IMG/VR virus record: IMGVR_UViG_3300044857_000165
Origin: a virus
DNA length: 38,421 nt
Reading direction: 5' to 3' (one strand)
The notes below the pieces were generated by a model that was not told the DNA's origin, searched no databases, and saw only the letters and a list, made by a program, of their open reading frames with translations. The translations under genes were made by a program, and so were the position numbers. This document shows, in pieces, positions 7,534-16,480 of the stretch. Every line of letters begins with the position of its first letter. The first letter of the stretch is position 1.

Positions 7534-7980
7534 ATGACAGAAACTTACACTGAAATCATCACGAAACTATTAAAAGGAAAGCTAACAAGTTATAAAATCG
7601 CTAAAGATACCGGTTTGACACCGCAATACATCGATAATTATCGAACCGGAAAAAGCAAGATTGAGAACATGGCTTTGGGAAAAGCCGAATTGCTAGTAGA
7701 CTATGCTAAAAAAGTCGCTGTTGTCAGCGTTGGTAAACAGCAGTGGATTAATATTGTTGGATCTGCTAAAAATATAAATGAAGCAAAAAAACTTTTGAAA
7801 CGTTACGTTTTCGGCTGGTCAAGTAAAGAATCTGCGCTACAAACGTTTAAACATGCTGTTTTAAAGAAAGATCAAATCAGCAGACAAGTTAAAGACGAAA
7901 AAGTTGAATTTGGAGAAAATCCCGACGAAGTTATTTCATGGCTTAAAAATATTACTGTAGACGATCTTGCTGATCGATAG
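7534..7980 (+). CDS. HTH DNA-binding protein (148 aa), probable autoregulator of the cassette; AcrIIA1-N-terminal-domain/Aca-like
   Basis: TAGGAGGA SD. N-terminal KLTSYKIAKDTGLTPQYIDNYRTGKSKIENMAL HTH. Last gene of the cassette. Confidence 0.55.
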   Translation: MTETYTEIITKLLKGKLTSYKIAKDTGLTPQYIDNYRTGKSKIENMALGKAELLVDYAKKVAVVSVGKQQWINIVGSAKNINEAKKLLKRYVFGWSSKESALQTFKHAVLKKDQISRQVKDEKVEFGENPDEVISWLKNITVDDLADR

Positions 7981-7999
7981 GAGCGAATGAAAAAAATAA

Positions 8000-8029
8000 G
8001 CCCCCTACTAAAAAGTAGAGGGCATTTTT
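8000..8029. terminator. Bidirectional terminator at the convergent junction of the cassette and the lysin gene
   Basis: GCCCCCTACT-aaaa-AGTAGAGGGC stem, with an A-run upstream and a T-run downstream. Confidence 0.7.
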
Positions 8030-8049
8030 GGCTAATCTATTCTTTGTAT

Positions 8050-8295
8050 TTACACGCCGACTTTTTTCGCGATTTTTGCTACTGTATCAGATAGCTTCTG
8101 TAAGTCAACAACTGGCTGTTCTAAACGAGACCACCACGGCGCACCTTTTTTCCAGTGGAATTCTGGAATCTCTTTCCCATTGTTTTTCCGATAAACTTCT
8201 TTGATGATGACTAATGCATCAGGGTGTCCAACGTATTCATAAGTTACCCCATTGTAAAAATACCATTTCCCACTATATTCATATAATGCGTACAT
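8050..8295 (-). CDS. Predicted independently translated cell-wall-binding domain (81 aa) from an in-frame internal start
   Basis: AAAGGAG (8304..8310 region) lies 8 nt upstream of the in-frame ATG at 8295 (Met195). Confidence 0.5.
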   Translation of the reverse strand: MYALYEYSGKWYFYNGVTYEYVGHPDALVIIKEVYRKNNGKEIPEFHWKKGAPWWSRLEQPVVDLQKLSDTVAKIAKKVGV

Positions 8296-8877
8296 AGTCG
8301 CCACTCCTTTTGTATTTGTAGTTTGTGTAGCCGGTGATTCTGTTTTAATTGGTGTAACAGTACTTCCTACAGCACCACTTTCCACATCTTTTTTAAATTG
8401 TGCTGGTGTAATTCCCCACTTGGCAAAATAAGGATATGGGTCTGTATGACCACCATACACGTTATTTCGTGCTGTCGAATAGTTATGTGTCAAGATACCA
8501 GTATCGCCTGAATCGACAACAACTGGCAATCCAGCTTGATTAGCTAAGTCGCGCAATAACTGGATATATAGTGCGTAATCACGTCTAAATTCTGCTTCTG
8601 TGGCGTGAGATTCGATAAACTCGACTGCTGCATAAGTTTCATAATTATCCGCGTTACCGACGTCCCAAGCGCCACGATTAACGGCGCCAACCTGAATTAC
8701 TCGACCATTACCCACGATGTGGGTATAAAATCCTTCTTCGATATTTTTGCCAGCAAAATAGTCAATCTCGTTTTGCACTGTTGAATTTGGATTTCCAGTT
8801 GAATGTGCATGGATTTGATGATACGGCACTGTTCCGACTTGCGGTAAATCAGTTCGGATATGATTTTCAATATTCAT
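8050..8877 (-). CDS. Endolysin: N-acetylmuramoyl-L-alanine amidase (Amidase_2/PGRP-like) plus a C-terminal cell-wall-binding domain
   Basis: [21 protein letters not shown]...RGAWDVGN...AAVEFIE pattern resembles PlyL/PlyG-type amidases. The C-terminus [11 protein letters not shown]...[16 protein letters not shown]...APWWSRLE resembles enterococcal phage lysin CBDs (from memory). Confidence 0.8.
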   Translation of the reverse strand: MNIENHIRTDLPQVGTVPYHQIHAHSTGNPNSTVQNEIDYFAGKNIEEGFYTHIVGNGRVIQVGAVNRGAWDVGNADNYETYAAVEFIESHATEAEFRRDYALYIQLLRDLANQAGLPVVVDSGDTGILTHNYSTARNNVYGGHTDPYPYFAKWGITPAQFKKDVESGAVGSTVTPIKTESPATQTTNTKGVATMYALYEYSGKWYFYNGVTYEYVGHPDALVIIKEVYRKNNGKEIPEFHWKKGAPWWSRLEQPVVDLQKLSDTVAKIAKKVGV

Positions 8878-9089
8878 TTGATTTCACCATTTTGCTTATT
8901 GTAATTAATCGCACTTACTCCTGTTATTGCGCCTAGAAACACGGCTACGGCATTAATCGTCAATACTGTAATGTCTGTATACTCGAAGCCGTAAGCCTTG
9001 CCTAGCACGCCTAAAAGCACGCTTAACGCTGGTAATACAGTAAGCACCACCCATTTAATGATTGTGTAAGTTTTGTTATTTAGTTGCAT
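8874..9089 (-). CDS. Holin (phi-LC3 / Phage_holin_1-like, 71 aa)
   Basis: Two TM segments, [21 protein letters not shown] motif, immediately upstream of the lysin with an overlapping stop/start. Confidence 0.75.
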   Translation of the reverse strand: MQLNNKTYTIIKWVVLTVLPALSVLLGVLGKAYGFEYTDITVLTINAVAVFLGAITGVSAINYNKQNGEIK

Positions 9090-9093
9090 GTTA

Positions 9094-9384
9094 TTACCCT
9101 CTCTCTTTAAATAATGTTTTTAGTTGTTCGTCGTGTACAATCAAGCGATCATTATGATTATCTAATCGTCTGTCATGCTCCTTTAGCTCCTTGTGCAAAG
9201 CAGTTCTATCCGCCTTGCTTGATTCCAAGTCCTTATTTAACAAATCTAAACTATGTGACATCTTAGTCAGATTTTCTGTAATTTTAGTAAAACTTGTTGT
9301 AATCGGCTTAAGTAAATAAGCGATTAGACCAAGTATAGTCATAATCGCCCCCGCCCACGTTGCTATTGTCATCACATCTAACAC
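9094..9384 (-). CDS. Membrane-anchored coiled-coil protein (XhlA-like lysis accessory?)
   Basis: N-terminal TM followed by a coiled coil. First gene of the lysis cassette. The start is GTG 9384 or ATG 9372. Confidence 0.5.
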   Translation of the reverse strand: MLDVMTIATWAGAIMTILGLIAYLLKPITTSFTKITENLTKMSHSLDLLNKDLESSKADRTALHKELKEHDRRLDNHNDRLIVHDEQLKTLFKERG

Positions 9385-9416
9385 ATACCCTCACCCCAAT
9401 AATTTAATAAATATCC

Positions 9417-9442
9417 AAAATAAAAATCCCCGCAACAGCGGG
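9417..9442 (-). terminator. Intrinsic terminator between the tail genes and the lysis cassette
   Basis: On the - strand, CCCGC-tgtt-GCGGG is followed by GATTTTTATTTTGG. Confidence 0.5.
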
Positions 9443-9472
9443 CAAGCGACTATTAGGTATAATCTCCACATG

Positions 9473-9718
9473 CTATACCTCCAATTTATCAAGACGTGCT
9501 TTTAATTCATCTAACTCTGTTTTCATATACTCGATAATTGAATCTTTATCTTCCACCCAAAGCCCTTTTGTCCAATCGTATTTAGGGTATTTAAGATGTT
9601 CGTCTGGTCCTACATAAATGATACCTTCTCCCAAAGGCAATCCCTCAGGCGTTTGAAATTCTGTGTAAAACTTGCCTTCTGCGTTTTTTTCGTCAAGTGG
9701 TAAATATACTGTTTTCAT
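9473..9718 (-). CDS. Hypothetical tail-module protein (81 aa)
   Basis: Last ORF of the tail operon; C-terminal coiled coil. Confidence 0.55.
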   Translation of the reverse strand: MKTVYLPLDEKNAEGKFYTEFQTPEGLPLGEGIIYVGPDEHLKYPKYDWTKGLWVEDKDSIIEYMKTELDELKARLDKLEV

Positions 9719-9733
9719 ATAGTTTCGTCCTTT

Positions 9734-11563
9734 CTAAGCTGTTCTGCGCCACATATAGACTGTTGTATATGGTTGTAAATTGTTGTGGGCTTGGTCGCCT
9801 CCTGTTGTTGGCATCGAATACAATCCAACTTGGGTACCAGGATTTGTTACTAAACCCTGCGTGTTATTAGCTTGGCGTACCATAAATGAGACATCAGATG
9901 ATCCATGTCTATGACTTGGCATTTCAGCAGTGGTTAACTTATGGGCCTTTTCTCCACCGACCTTGCTTGGAGCATTAAAATCAGCATCCGACTCATCCAC
10001 ACCAACCAATGTTTGACCTTGAGCGATACGAATCCATGTGCCACCCATAAATGTAGATGGGTTTGCTGAATTTACGCTTTGATAAATACTGCCAATTGGA
10101 TAGAAAGTGTCTAAAAGACTCCGACCATTCATCCAAATCATGCCGCCTACATCCAATGCACCATGACCAGATTCATACATTTTTCCAATCCCAACACCAA
10201 TATATCGATAGAAATCCATTAATGTCGTAATCGTACTAACTGTGACTTTGCTTGCATAACTTCCAAACCTGTCGGTAACAGTAACATCAATATCGTAACT
10301 ACTATCCACCGCAAAACCTGTCATTTGGAAATTGGCGCTTGTATTGCTTTCAGTCTTAGCTGTTATCCATGCTGTTGTAGTTGATTTTTTATATCTCGTG
10401 ACTACTGTATAAGTGTTCTTTTCAGTCGTGCCATTTTTAATACTAGACACAGATACTGTCTTAACAAGTGACATTGTGGTCGTCGGGTCTGCTAGTCTAT
10501 CAGCCGTTAATTTTGTTATTGTTGGTGGTGTATAAGGTCGTATATCAAGCGTATCATTCATTGTTGCGGTTCTTCCACGACTATCTGTGACTGTGACTTT
10601 GACTGTCTGAGATCCGCTTAAGGATGGTGTCTGTGATAAATCAATATTAAATGTAGATCCAATATGCGTATACGACTGGCTACCCCATTCAAATTTCCAT
10701 GTCCTAATTGTTGCACCATAAACACTTGATGAAGATACTGCCATCTGCGGTATAGACTTACCCTGCACTAAAATCTGGTCAGAACCAGTTATATTTTTGA
10801 CTATTGCATTCTGGTCTGTGTAGGTTACAGACGAAATTGTTGGCTGCATACTATCTGGTACTGAGACTTGACCACTATAATCTTTGAATCCAATTAGACT
10901 GTCAGATGCATATGAGCCTGGTTTTGTATGAGTAATCAGTCTAAAACTGCAATTAGCTATTGTGGAATCAGGTAATCTAGATGCCCAATCAATAGGTATT
11001 GTAAACTCCTTTCTACCACCTCCTTGAGAGTTCATAAGAGGAGCTCCAATCAATGTTCCGTTAAGTCGAAACTCAACCGAGTGGTAATAGCTACCAACTG
11101 CTGATGTAACATTCATAGCAGTAGCTTTACCGAATGTATGTGGGAATGTGGATGAATCCCATGTCATGGAACTTGCTCTTGGGATACCTGTTAAATCTCC
11201 GCTACCAGATACAGACACCGTCCCTACAATTGCATTACTCATAGATGCAGATAAGGCAAAGGACTTTCCACCACCTGGGTCATGGGGAACTCTTACTGTT
11301 CGGGTGTAAACATTTGGAACGGTAGAGTTAGGATTTAACAGTAAATTACCAAATATTTTGTGATCACTATTACCATCGATACTTAACCAAATATCAGTAT
11401 CTAGTTGAAACCACGAACCACTATTTGTACTTCGTATAGATACCGACGCTGTTACATCAGAATAGTTTCCAGCTATATTTTGTTTAGCTGACCAAGTGAC
11501 TAGCACTCCCCAACTATTATATGTACCGCCACTTGACCAACCTATTGAACCATTTAATGCCAT
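9734..11563 (-). CDS. Tail fibre / receptor-binding candidate with a C-terminal tail-collar-like domain
   Basis: C-terminal GSIYQS...GGTWIRIAQGQTLVGVD...GGEKAHKLTTAEMPSHRH...GGDQAHNNLQPYTTVYMWRRT is the collar/MdpB-like signature. Confidence 0.7.
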   Translation of the reverse strand: MALNGSIGWSSGGTYNSWGVLVTWSAKQNIAGNYSDVTASVSIRSTNSGSWFQLDTDIWLSIDGNSDHKIFGNLLLNPNSTVPNVYTRTVRVPHDPGGGKSFALSASMSNAIVGTVSVSGSGDLTGIPRASSMTWDSSTFPHTFGKATAMNVTSAVGSYYHSVEFRLNGTLIGAPLMNSQGGGRKEFTIPIDWASRLPDSTIANCSFRLITHTKPGSYASDSLIGFKDYSGQVSVPDSMQPTISSVTYTDQNAIVKNITGSDQILVQGKSIPQMAVSSSSVYGATIRTWKFEWGSQSYTHIGSTFNIDLSQTPSLSGSQTVKVTVTDSRGRTATMNDTLDIRPYTPPTITKLTADRLADPTTTMSLVKTVSVSSIKNGTTEKNTYTVVTRYKKSTTTAWITAKTESNTSANFQMTGFAVDSSYDIDVTVTDRFGSYASKVTVSTITTLMDFYRYIGVGIGKMYESGHGALDVGGMIWMNGRSLLDTFYPIGSIYQSVNSANPSTFMGGTWIRIAQGQTLVGVDESDADFNAPSKVGGEKAHKLTTAEMPSHRHGSSDVSFMVRQANNTQGLVTNPGTQVGLYSMPTTGGDQAHNNLQPYTTVYMWRRTA

Positions 11564-11566
11564 AGT

Positions 11567-13474
11567 TTAACCTCCTACATAACTAACGACAGTATGGGCA
11601 TCATTAAGTCTTCCAATTACATGTGTGTTAATTTGTAATTTGTCCACGATCATACCCCGATTAATTTTAAATTCTTGATTAGTAAAGTATGCTACTTCTG
11701 TACCGCCATCCATAAACGATATTTTGTCCTCAGCGATTAATATCTTAAGGTTTGTGGATGAGTCACCAATAGCTAATCCATCTTCACCAGCAATCATGTA
11801 ATTATTGATAAATGTCCACTTCTCAACAGTGTCTTTGAGGAGATTATTAATTGTAGTGACTCCAGACTCCAGCTTGGCTATCGCATCTTTGGCGTTAGTC
11901 ATGTTGTTGCTCATGTCCTGTTGCAATGCAAGTAAATCATTTGCCGTTTGCGTGATTTGGTCGTACTCTTCTTGAGTAACCAGATTTGAGATAGTTTCCC
12001 AAACTGTACCTTGGTCATTTTGATACTGGTCACTATCTACTTTATTTTGTAAGGATAAACTGCTATTTAAATCTACCCAATCTGATGACAACCGCCATTC
12101 ATACTTATACGGGTCTTCATAAGGCAATGCCGCTGTACCAACATATTTCGGGATTGCACCTAGCGGGTCTTCGGATGGTGCCGGTGTCCATGGAGTCGGG
12201 ATTCCCATCGTGTTGGCTAGTTCGAGTTTGTCCTCCTTAATCTGTACTGCGAAGCTATCTCCTGTACCATTTGCGTTATTCCGCTGAACATAAAACTGTA
12301 CTTTGACTGTGCCTTCTGGTATTTTTTCAGTTAAAAAAGAGCGTCCTTCTTTACCTGGTAAAATAAATTGGTTACTTGTTAATTGGATGTATGAGGTGTC
12401 TGCTTTTATAGCATTTATTCTAGCAGAAACCCCTTGAGGGGCAGAATCTGGAACTTTAAAATAAGTACTAGCAGTAACTGTATCACCAACTTTTAGCCCT
12501 ATTTCACTTAAATTAAGAGCTCCATATGCCGTTCCATTCCACACATTCACACTAACTGTTTTAAAATCCGAAGATGTACCTAATATCTTATTCTCCCCAT
12601 AAGGCATTAAACTAAGCCCTTCCCCATTTACCCCTCGTGCATACGCTGTCCAAGGTTTTCGTTCTGGATTTGGTTCCCATTTGTAATCTGATGGAGAGTT
12701 TGAATCTTTTAGTGACCATCCGATGTAACGTGGTACTGCGTTGTCGTAGTCGTCTTGTGGGTTTGTGGTGTAGATTGTTGCTTTGTCTGATTTTTCAAGT
12801 TTAACTTTTCGAGATATTATCAAATCTGGTGTGACAATATCAGAATTAGTTACCTTAGTCGATAATCGCATGTAAGAATAACCGCCAGGTATCTTGAACC
12901 CACCAGAAGATATACCACTACCGACAGAACTTAAAGTTACCCACGATGCACCGTTTTTGTTAGTATCATTTAGTCGTAACCCAGCGTTTGAACTTGTATC
13001 TTTATATAAAAACACTGAAAAAATATAACTCGCATAATTGGAAGAAATCCAATACTCTTCTCCTTCTTTTATAGGTAAAAAATCACTTGTAAAACGAGCT
13101 GGATTATCATATAAACTTAAACCGTCCCTCCAATTTTGAAATTTTCCAAGAATTGAATTTGATATAGACCACAAATTCTCCCCCGGATAAACTGTCGTAA
13201 ACCTATCCGTACCGTCTTGCGACCATGCGTATGCTATTTCCTGTTCTATCGCATTACTGGTTTCTACCCATTTGTATTTTGTAGGGTCTGTGGATGCTTG
13301 TTCATTGAAATCACTATAAAAGCCTGTGTATTTTTTACCGATGGAGTCTGCCAGTGAAAACCCGACAGACCCTATCCCGTTGACGATACCATCCGCCCAC
13401 GCTTGATGCGTGTGAGAAATTTTACCATCAACTAAATTGCTGATTGTTATTTGTCCTCTACTCAGTACCGCCAT
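11567..13474 (-). CDS. Large distal tail structural protein (635 aa)
   Basis: N-terminus MAVLSRGQITISNLVDG is shared with the 13643..14755 product (minor structural protein N-terminal motif). The third ATG (13474) has the best SD spacing. Confidence 0.65.
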   Translation of the reverse strand: MAVLSRGQITISNLVDGKISHTHQAWADGIVNGIGSVGFSLADSIGKKYTGFYSDFNEQASTDPTKYKWVETSNAIEQEIAYAWSQDGTDRFTTVYPGENLWSISNSILGKFQNWRDGLSLYDNPARFTSDFLPIKEGEEYWISSNYASYIFSVFLYKDTSSNAGLRLNDTNKNGASWVTLSSVGSGISSGGFKIPGGYSYMRLSTKVTNSDIVTPDLIISRKVKLEKSDKATIYTTNPQDDYDNAVPRYIGWSLKDSNSPSDYKWEPNPERKPWTAYARGVNGEGLSLMPYGENKILGTSSDFKTVSVNVWNGTAYGALNLSEIGLKVGDTVTASTYFKVPDSAPQGVSARINAIKADTSYIQLTSNQFILPGKEGRSFLTEKIPEGTVKVQFYVQRNNANGTGDSFAVQIKEDKLELANTMGIPTPWTPAPSEDPLGAIPKYVGTAALPYEDPYKYEWRLSSDWVDLNSSLSLQNKVDSDQYQNDQGTVWETISNLVTQEEYDQITQTANDLLALQQDMSNNMTNAKDAIAKLESGVTTINNLLKDTVEKWTFINNYMIAGEDGLAIGDSSTNLKILIAEDKISFMDGGTEVAYFTNQEFKINRGMIVDKLQINTHVIGRLNDAHTVVSYVGG

Positions 13475-13643
13475 TATCATCATCCTCAGTAGTGTCTGGC
13501 TCGTCTACAATTTCTTCCAATTTGTTAATATATGTGTCCATACCAAAACGAGTCCAAAGATACTCAATCGCATTGCCGTTTGTTTCAAATTTAAACTCTT
13601 GGTATGTGTTATCGAGTACTAAAAAAGCTCTATATTGTCTCAT
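13458..13643 (-). CDS. Small acidic protein (61 aa) inside the tail module
   Basis: TAATG stop/start overlap with the upstream gene and a GAGGTGA SD. Confidence 0.45.
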   Translation of the reverse strand: MRQYRAFLVLDNTYQEFKFETNGNAIEYLWTRFGMDTYINKLEEIVDEPDTTEDDDNGGTE

Positions 13644-14755
13644 TATCCATTCACCTCGCATTTGAACAGTGTAGAGTTAGTAATATCGGCACTACCTACA
13701 GACAATGCTTTACCTGTTTTATACGCAATTCCTGTTCCGCCAAAGTTAGCAACCATTGTGCCATCTTGCCATTTGGACCATTTGTAAGTATAAACTGTTC
13801 CGCCCGTGTCGATTTCTTCCCCATTTCGGAAAACTCGTGCTGTTAATTTGACAGACCCTACACCATTTTTTAAGACTGTTCCTCCATCTGATTCAACGAT
13901 CGTCATAATCGGGTCATCCATATCCTTAAGCGTGACATATTGCTTAATCTTAGTTCCTGTTGTTCCTCCGTCATTATCTGTCACCACAACCATAAATGTT
14001 TGACCGTTGACGACAGCATCTGGATAAACTGTTAAAACGCCTTGAGCAGTAACAGCAGTATCAAAACCACTATTTGCAACAGCGCCAGTCGTACCTGTCG
14101 TATCTGTAACCTTACGCCAACCGACCCCACCGTCAGAATCTTGGGAAGTTGTCACGCTACTATCAGCAATAAACCATTTATATTTTCGAGAACCGCTAGA
14201 TAATGAACCATCTTTATATACATCCGCAGTAACTTTCAAGCTTGCTGGCGTGTTGTTTCTAAAAAAGTCCCCATCTGGTGTAGATACCACTGCGATAACC
14301 GATGCCTTAGCTAATTGCACCAACGTTAGGTTAATTGTTGCTTGAAATGTAATTGGTAAGTTTGTTGATGGGTCTGTATACGTACCTTCAACTTGCCACA
14401 ATATCGCGTTGTTGTCGGTTGGAACATTTGTTTTAGTAGTCAACACGCTGTTAGCAGTGCCAGATTTATAATCGGTATCAGTATTGGTTGTAGATGTGAT
14501 TTCTTTCGATGTACCACCAATAATTTTAGTCCATTTAACCCCAGTTACCGCTGAACTAATCAGCGACCCAGTACTCCCAGCTTTTGTTAAGTTAAGCGTT
14601 AATTTAAGCGCTGAACTTGCGTAGCTTGGCGAATATGCTTTTGTTTGATTATTGTATGTTTGAGTCGTTGTCTTATCCGCTGATATCCATGCGTTTAGAG
14701 CTGGTGCATCATATAAATCTACGATTGTTATTTGACCGCTTGAAATTGTTGCCAT
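13643..14755 (-). CDS. Distal tail structural protein with Ig-like repeat modules (370 aa)
   Basis: N-terminus MATISSGQITIVDLYDAP. Repeat module ...GGTVLKNGVGSVKLTARVFRNGEEI...YKWSKW. Confidence 0.65.
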   Translation of the reverse strand: MATISSGQITIVDLYDAPALNAWISADKTTTQTYNNQTKAYSPSYASSALKLTLNLTKAGSTGSLISSAVTGVKWTKIIGGTSKEITSTTNTDTDYKSGTANSVLTTKTNVPTDNNAILWQVEGTYTDPSTNLPITFQATINLTLVQLAKASVIAVVSTPDGDFFRNNTPASLKVTADVYKDGSLSSGSRKYKWFIADSSVTTSQDSDGGVGWRKVTDTTGTTGAVANSGFDTAVTAQGVLTVYPDAVVNGQTFMVVVTDNDGGTTGTKIKQYVTLKDMDDPIMTIVESDGGTVLKNGVGSVKLTARVFRNGEEIDTGGTVYTYKWSKWQDGTMVANFGGTGIAYKTGKALSVGSADITNSTLFKCEVNG

Positions 14756-14776
14756 ATTCTCATCATCCTTTTTTTG

Positions 14777-16480
14777 TTATATTTCTACGATTTCGCAATT
14801 AAATGTAGCTCTTCTATAGATGTCGTTTGCAGTTAATACGATTGACTTTTTTCCGCCTGCATGCCGATTATTCCAATCATCATCTGGTGTTCCATCACCC
14901 AAAGTCTTTGTCCATCTAAATTGATTGGCATCTAATACGTTTGTGATATTGTCTTTGCCACGGTACACAATCGCTTTTAATGTCGTTTGGATAATGCCGT
15001 TTTTAAATAGGAGCCCGTTTTCAGAGATAATTTGAACTTCCATTGTTTCATCCACATTAAACACAGTCACATCTTGTGTTGCTCGTTCCTTGCCATTTGT
15101 ATCAATTACAATTGCTTTGTAAACGGCTTTAGCATTAATATTTTTAGCCTCAATAGTTAAGCTATACCCTGTTTTAACCCACACATCATCTTTGTACCAG
15201 CGTACCGTTACATCTTGCGTAATCACTTGCGTACCGTTGTAGACGATAGCCGATAGCGTGGTACTACCCTCGCTATTTTTAAATGTCACACCATTGTCCG
15301 ACACGAGACTTAATGTGTAAGGCTTGGTTTGCTCGATCAAGGCATTTACTCGGTCTAATAGTGATTGGTCAACTTGTGATTGTAACTCTTTTACATTGCT
15401 AAATGTTGTCGTTTCTTCTGCAAGATTATCTGGTTTTCTGACTTTACCTGTTACACGCGCTTCGAGATACAACGTTGGTTTGTATCCGTCATCTGCAATT
15501 CTAACTGTATCGCCTATTTTAGCTTTGATATTGCCCTCGATTTCCCATGTTACTTTTGGAATACTACTTTCTTTTAGTTTTGAGAGCATATATCCGTACA
15601 ATGCTTCAGACGAACTATATTCTGTTTCGCCTGCGTCATTGACTGTCCAGCGATCATTGCTTTTTACAGTAGATGGAAATTGCAATCTAGCTTGTACCGC
15701 ATAGATTTTATTTACATCTGGATAGTCAGCCGTTGCTTTTGAGACTGTTTTGTATAAAACAAGTCCATTCTCATCTTTCACTTCACGATCAATAGCGGCA
15801 ATGGTCAATCCGTCTTTACCTGTAGCGGTAATAGCGGTATACAATCCTGTTTTATCTTCGGTTTTTTTGATTGTCTTAATGTCTTCCCCAAAATAAAATG
15901 TCTCGTTTCTTCTGTCATTTCCTACGCCTTGGTAATCATCATCATGTTCGTGATACACATTGATGACGATTTGTTTCAAACTACCATCATCATTTAGTCT
16001 TGTTACAAATGCAATTTCAGCATCAAATACGTTTGCTAGACTGTACAACCGTGCTAATTTTTTATCCGTTCCTGTCCACTCATAACTAATTTTTTTATCA
16101 GATACCTCATTGATGCCGATAGTCAAAACTTTCTCAAAATCGATTAAGTTAAGATATTCCACGAACGTCATGGCTTTGGGAGACTTGTATGGACCGATTG
16201 TCTCATTGTTGTATTCCAATCCTATTGACCAAGCTGTGACTGATAGATAATACTCATCTTGCTCAACAATCATGCATGTGAGCCAATATTCTTCACCGTC
16301 ATAAACAAATGACAAATTTTTCCCAGTCGTGATTAATCCATAAGACGTCTCATCTTTGACCATACTAAAAGACAAGACCGTAGCCTTGCCTTTAAGAAAA
16401 TCTTCAATTGCTAAATCATAATAGGAGTCATCTAAGACATCTAACACAGCATCATTTTGATCACGAATATAAATTCTCAT
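14777..16480 (-). CDS. Tail-associated (Tal / baseplate hub) protein
   Basis: Positioned directly after Dit. Two C-terminal Ig-like modules (FKNSEGSTTLSAIVYNG..., FKNGIIQTTLKAIVYRG...). Confidence 0.6.
   Translation of the reverse strand: MRIYIRDQNDAVLDVLDDSYYDLAIEDFLKGKATVLSFSMVKDETSYGLITTGKNLSFVYDGEEYWLTCMIVEQDEYYLSVTAWSIGLEYNNETIGPYKSPKAMTFVEYLNLIDFEKVLTIGINEVSDKKISYEWTGTDKKLARLYSLANVFDAEIAFVTRLNDDGSLKQIVINVYHEHDDDYQGVGNDRRNETFYFGEDIKTIKKTEDKTGLYTAITATGKDGLTIAAIDREVKDENGLVLYKTVSKATADYPDVNKIYAVQARLQFPSTVKSNDRWTVNDAGETEYSSSEALYGYMLSKLKESSIPKVTWEIEGNIKAKIGDTVRIADDGYKPTLYLEARVTGKVRKPDNLAEETTTFSNVKELQSQVDQSLLDRVNALIEQTKPYTLSLVSDNGVTFKNSEGSTTLSAIVYNGTQVITQDVTVRWYKDDVWVKTGYSLTIEAKNINAKAVYKAIVIDTNGKERATQDVTVFNVDETMEVQIISENGLLFKNGIIQTTLKAIVYRGKDNITNVLDANQFRWTKTLGDGTPDDDWNNRHAGGKKSIVLTANDIYRRATFNCEIVEI

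Noticed and set aside
7178-7980. GNAT-toxin/antitoxin (TacT/AtaT-like type II TA) interpretation of the cassette
   Set aside because: Known GNAT toxins are full-length (~160-180 aa) with an upstream RHH antitoxin. Here the GNAT-like protein is a 112-aa half-domain, comes first, and is followed by a 148-aa HTH protein. The interpretation is not excluded, but I judge it less consistent than an acr-aca-like layout.
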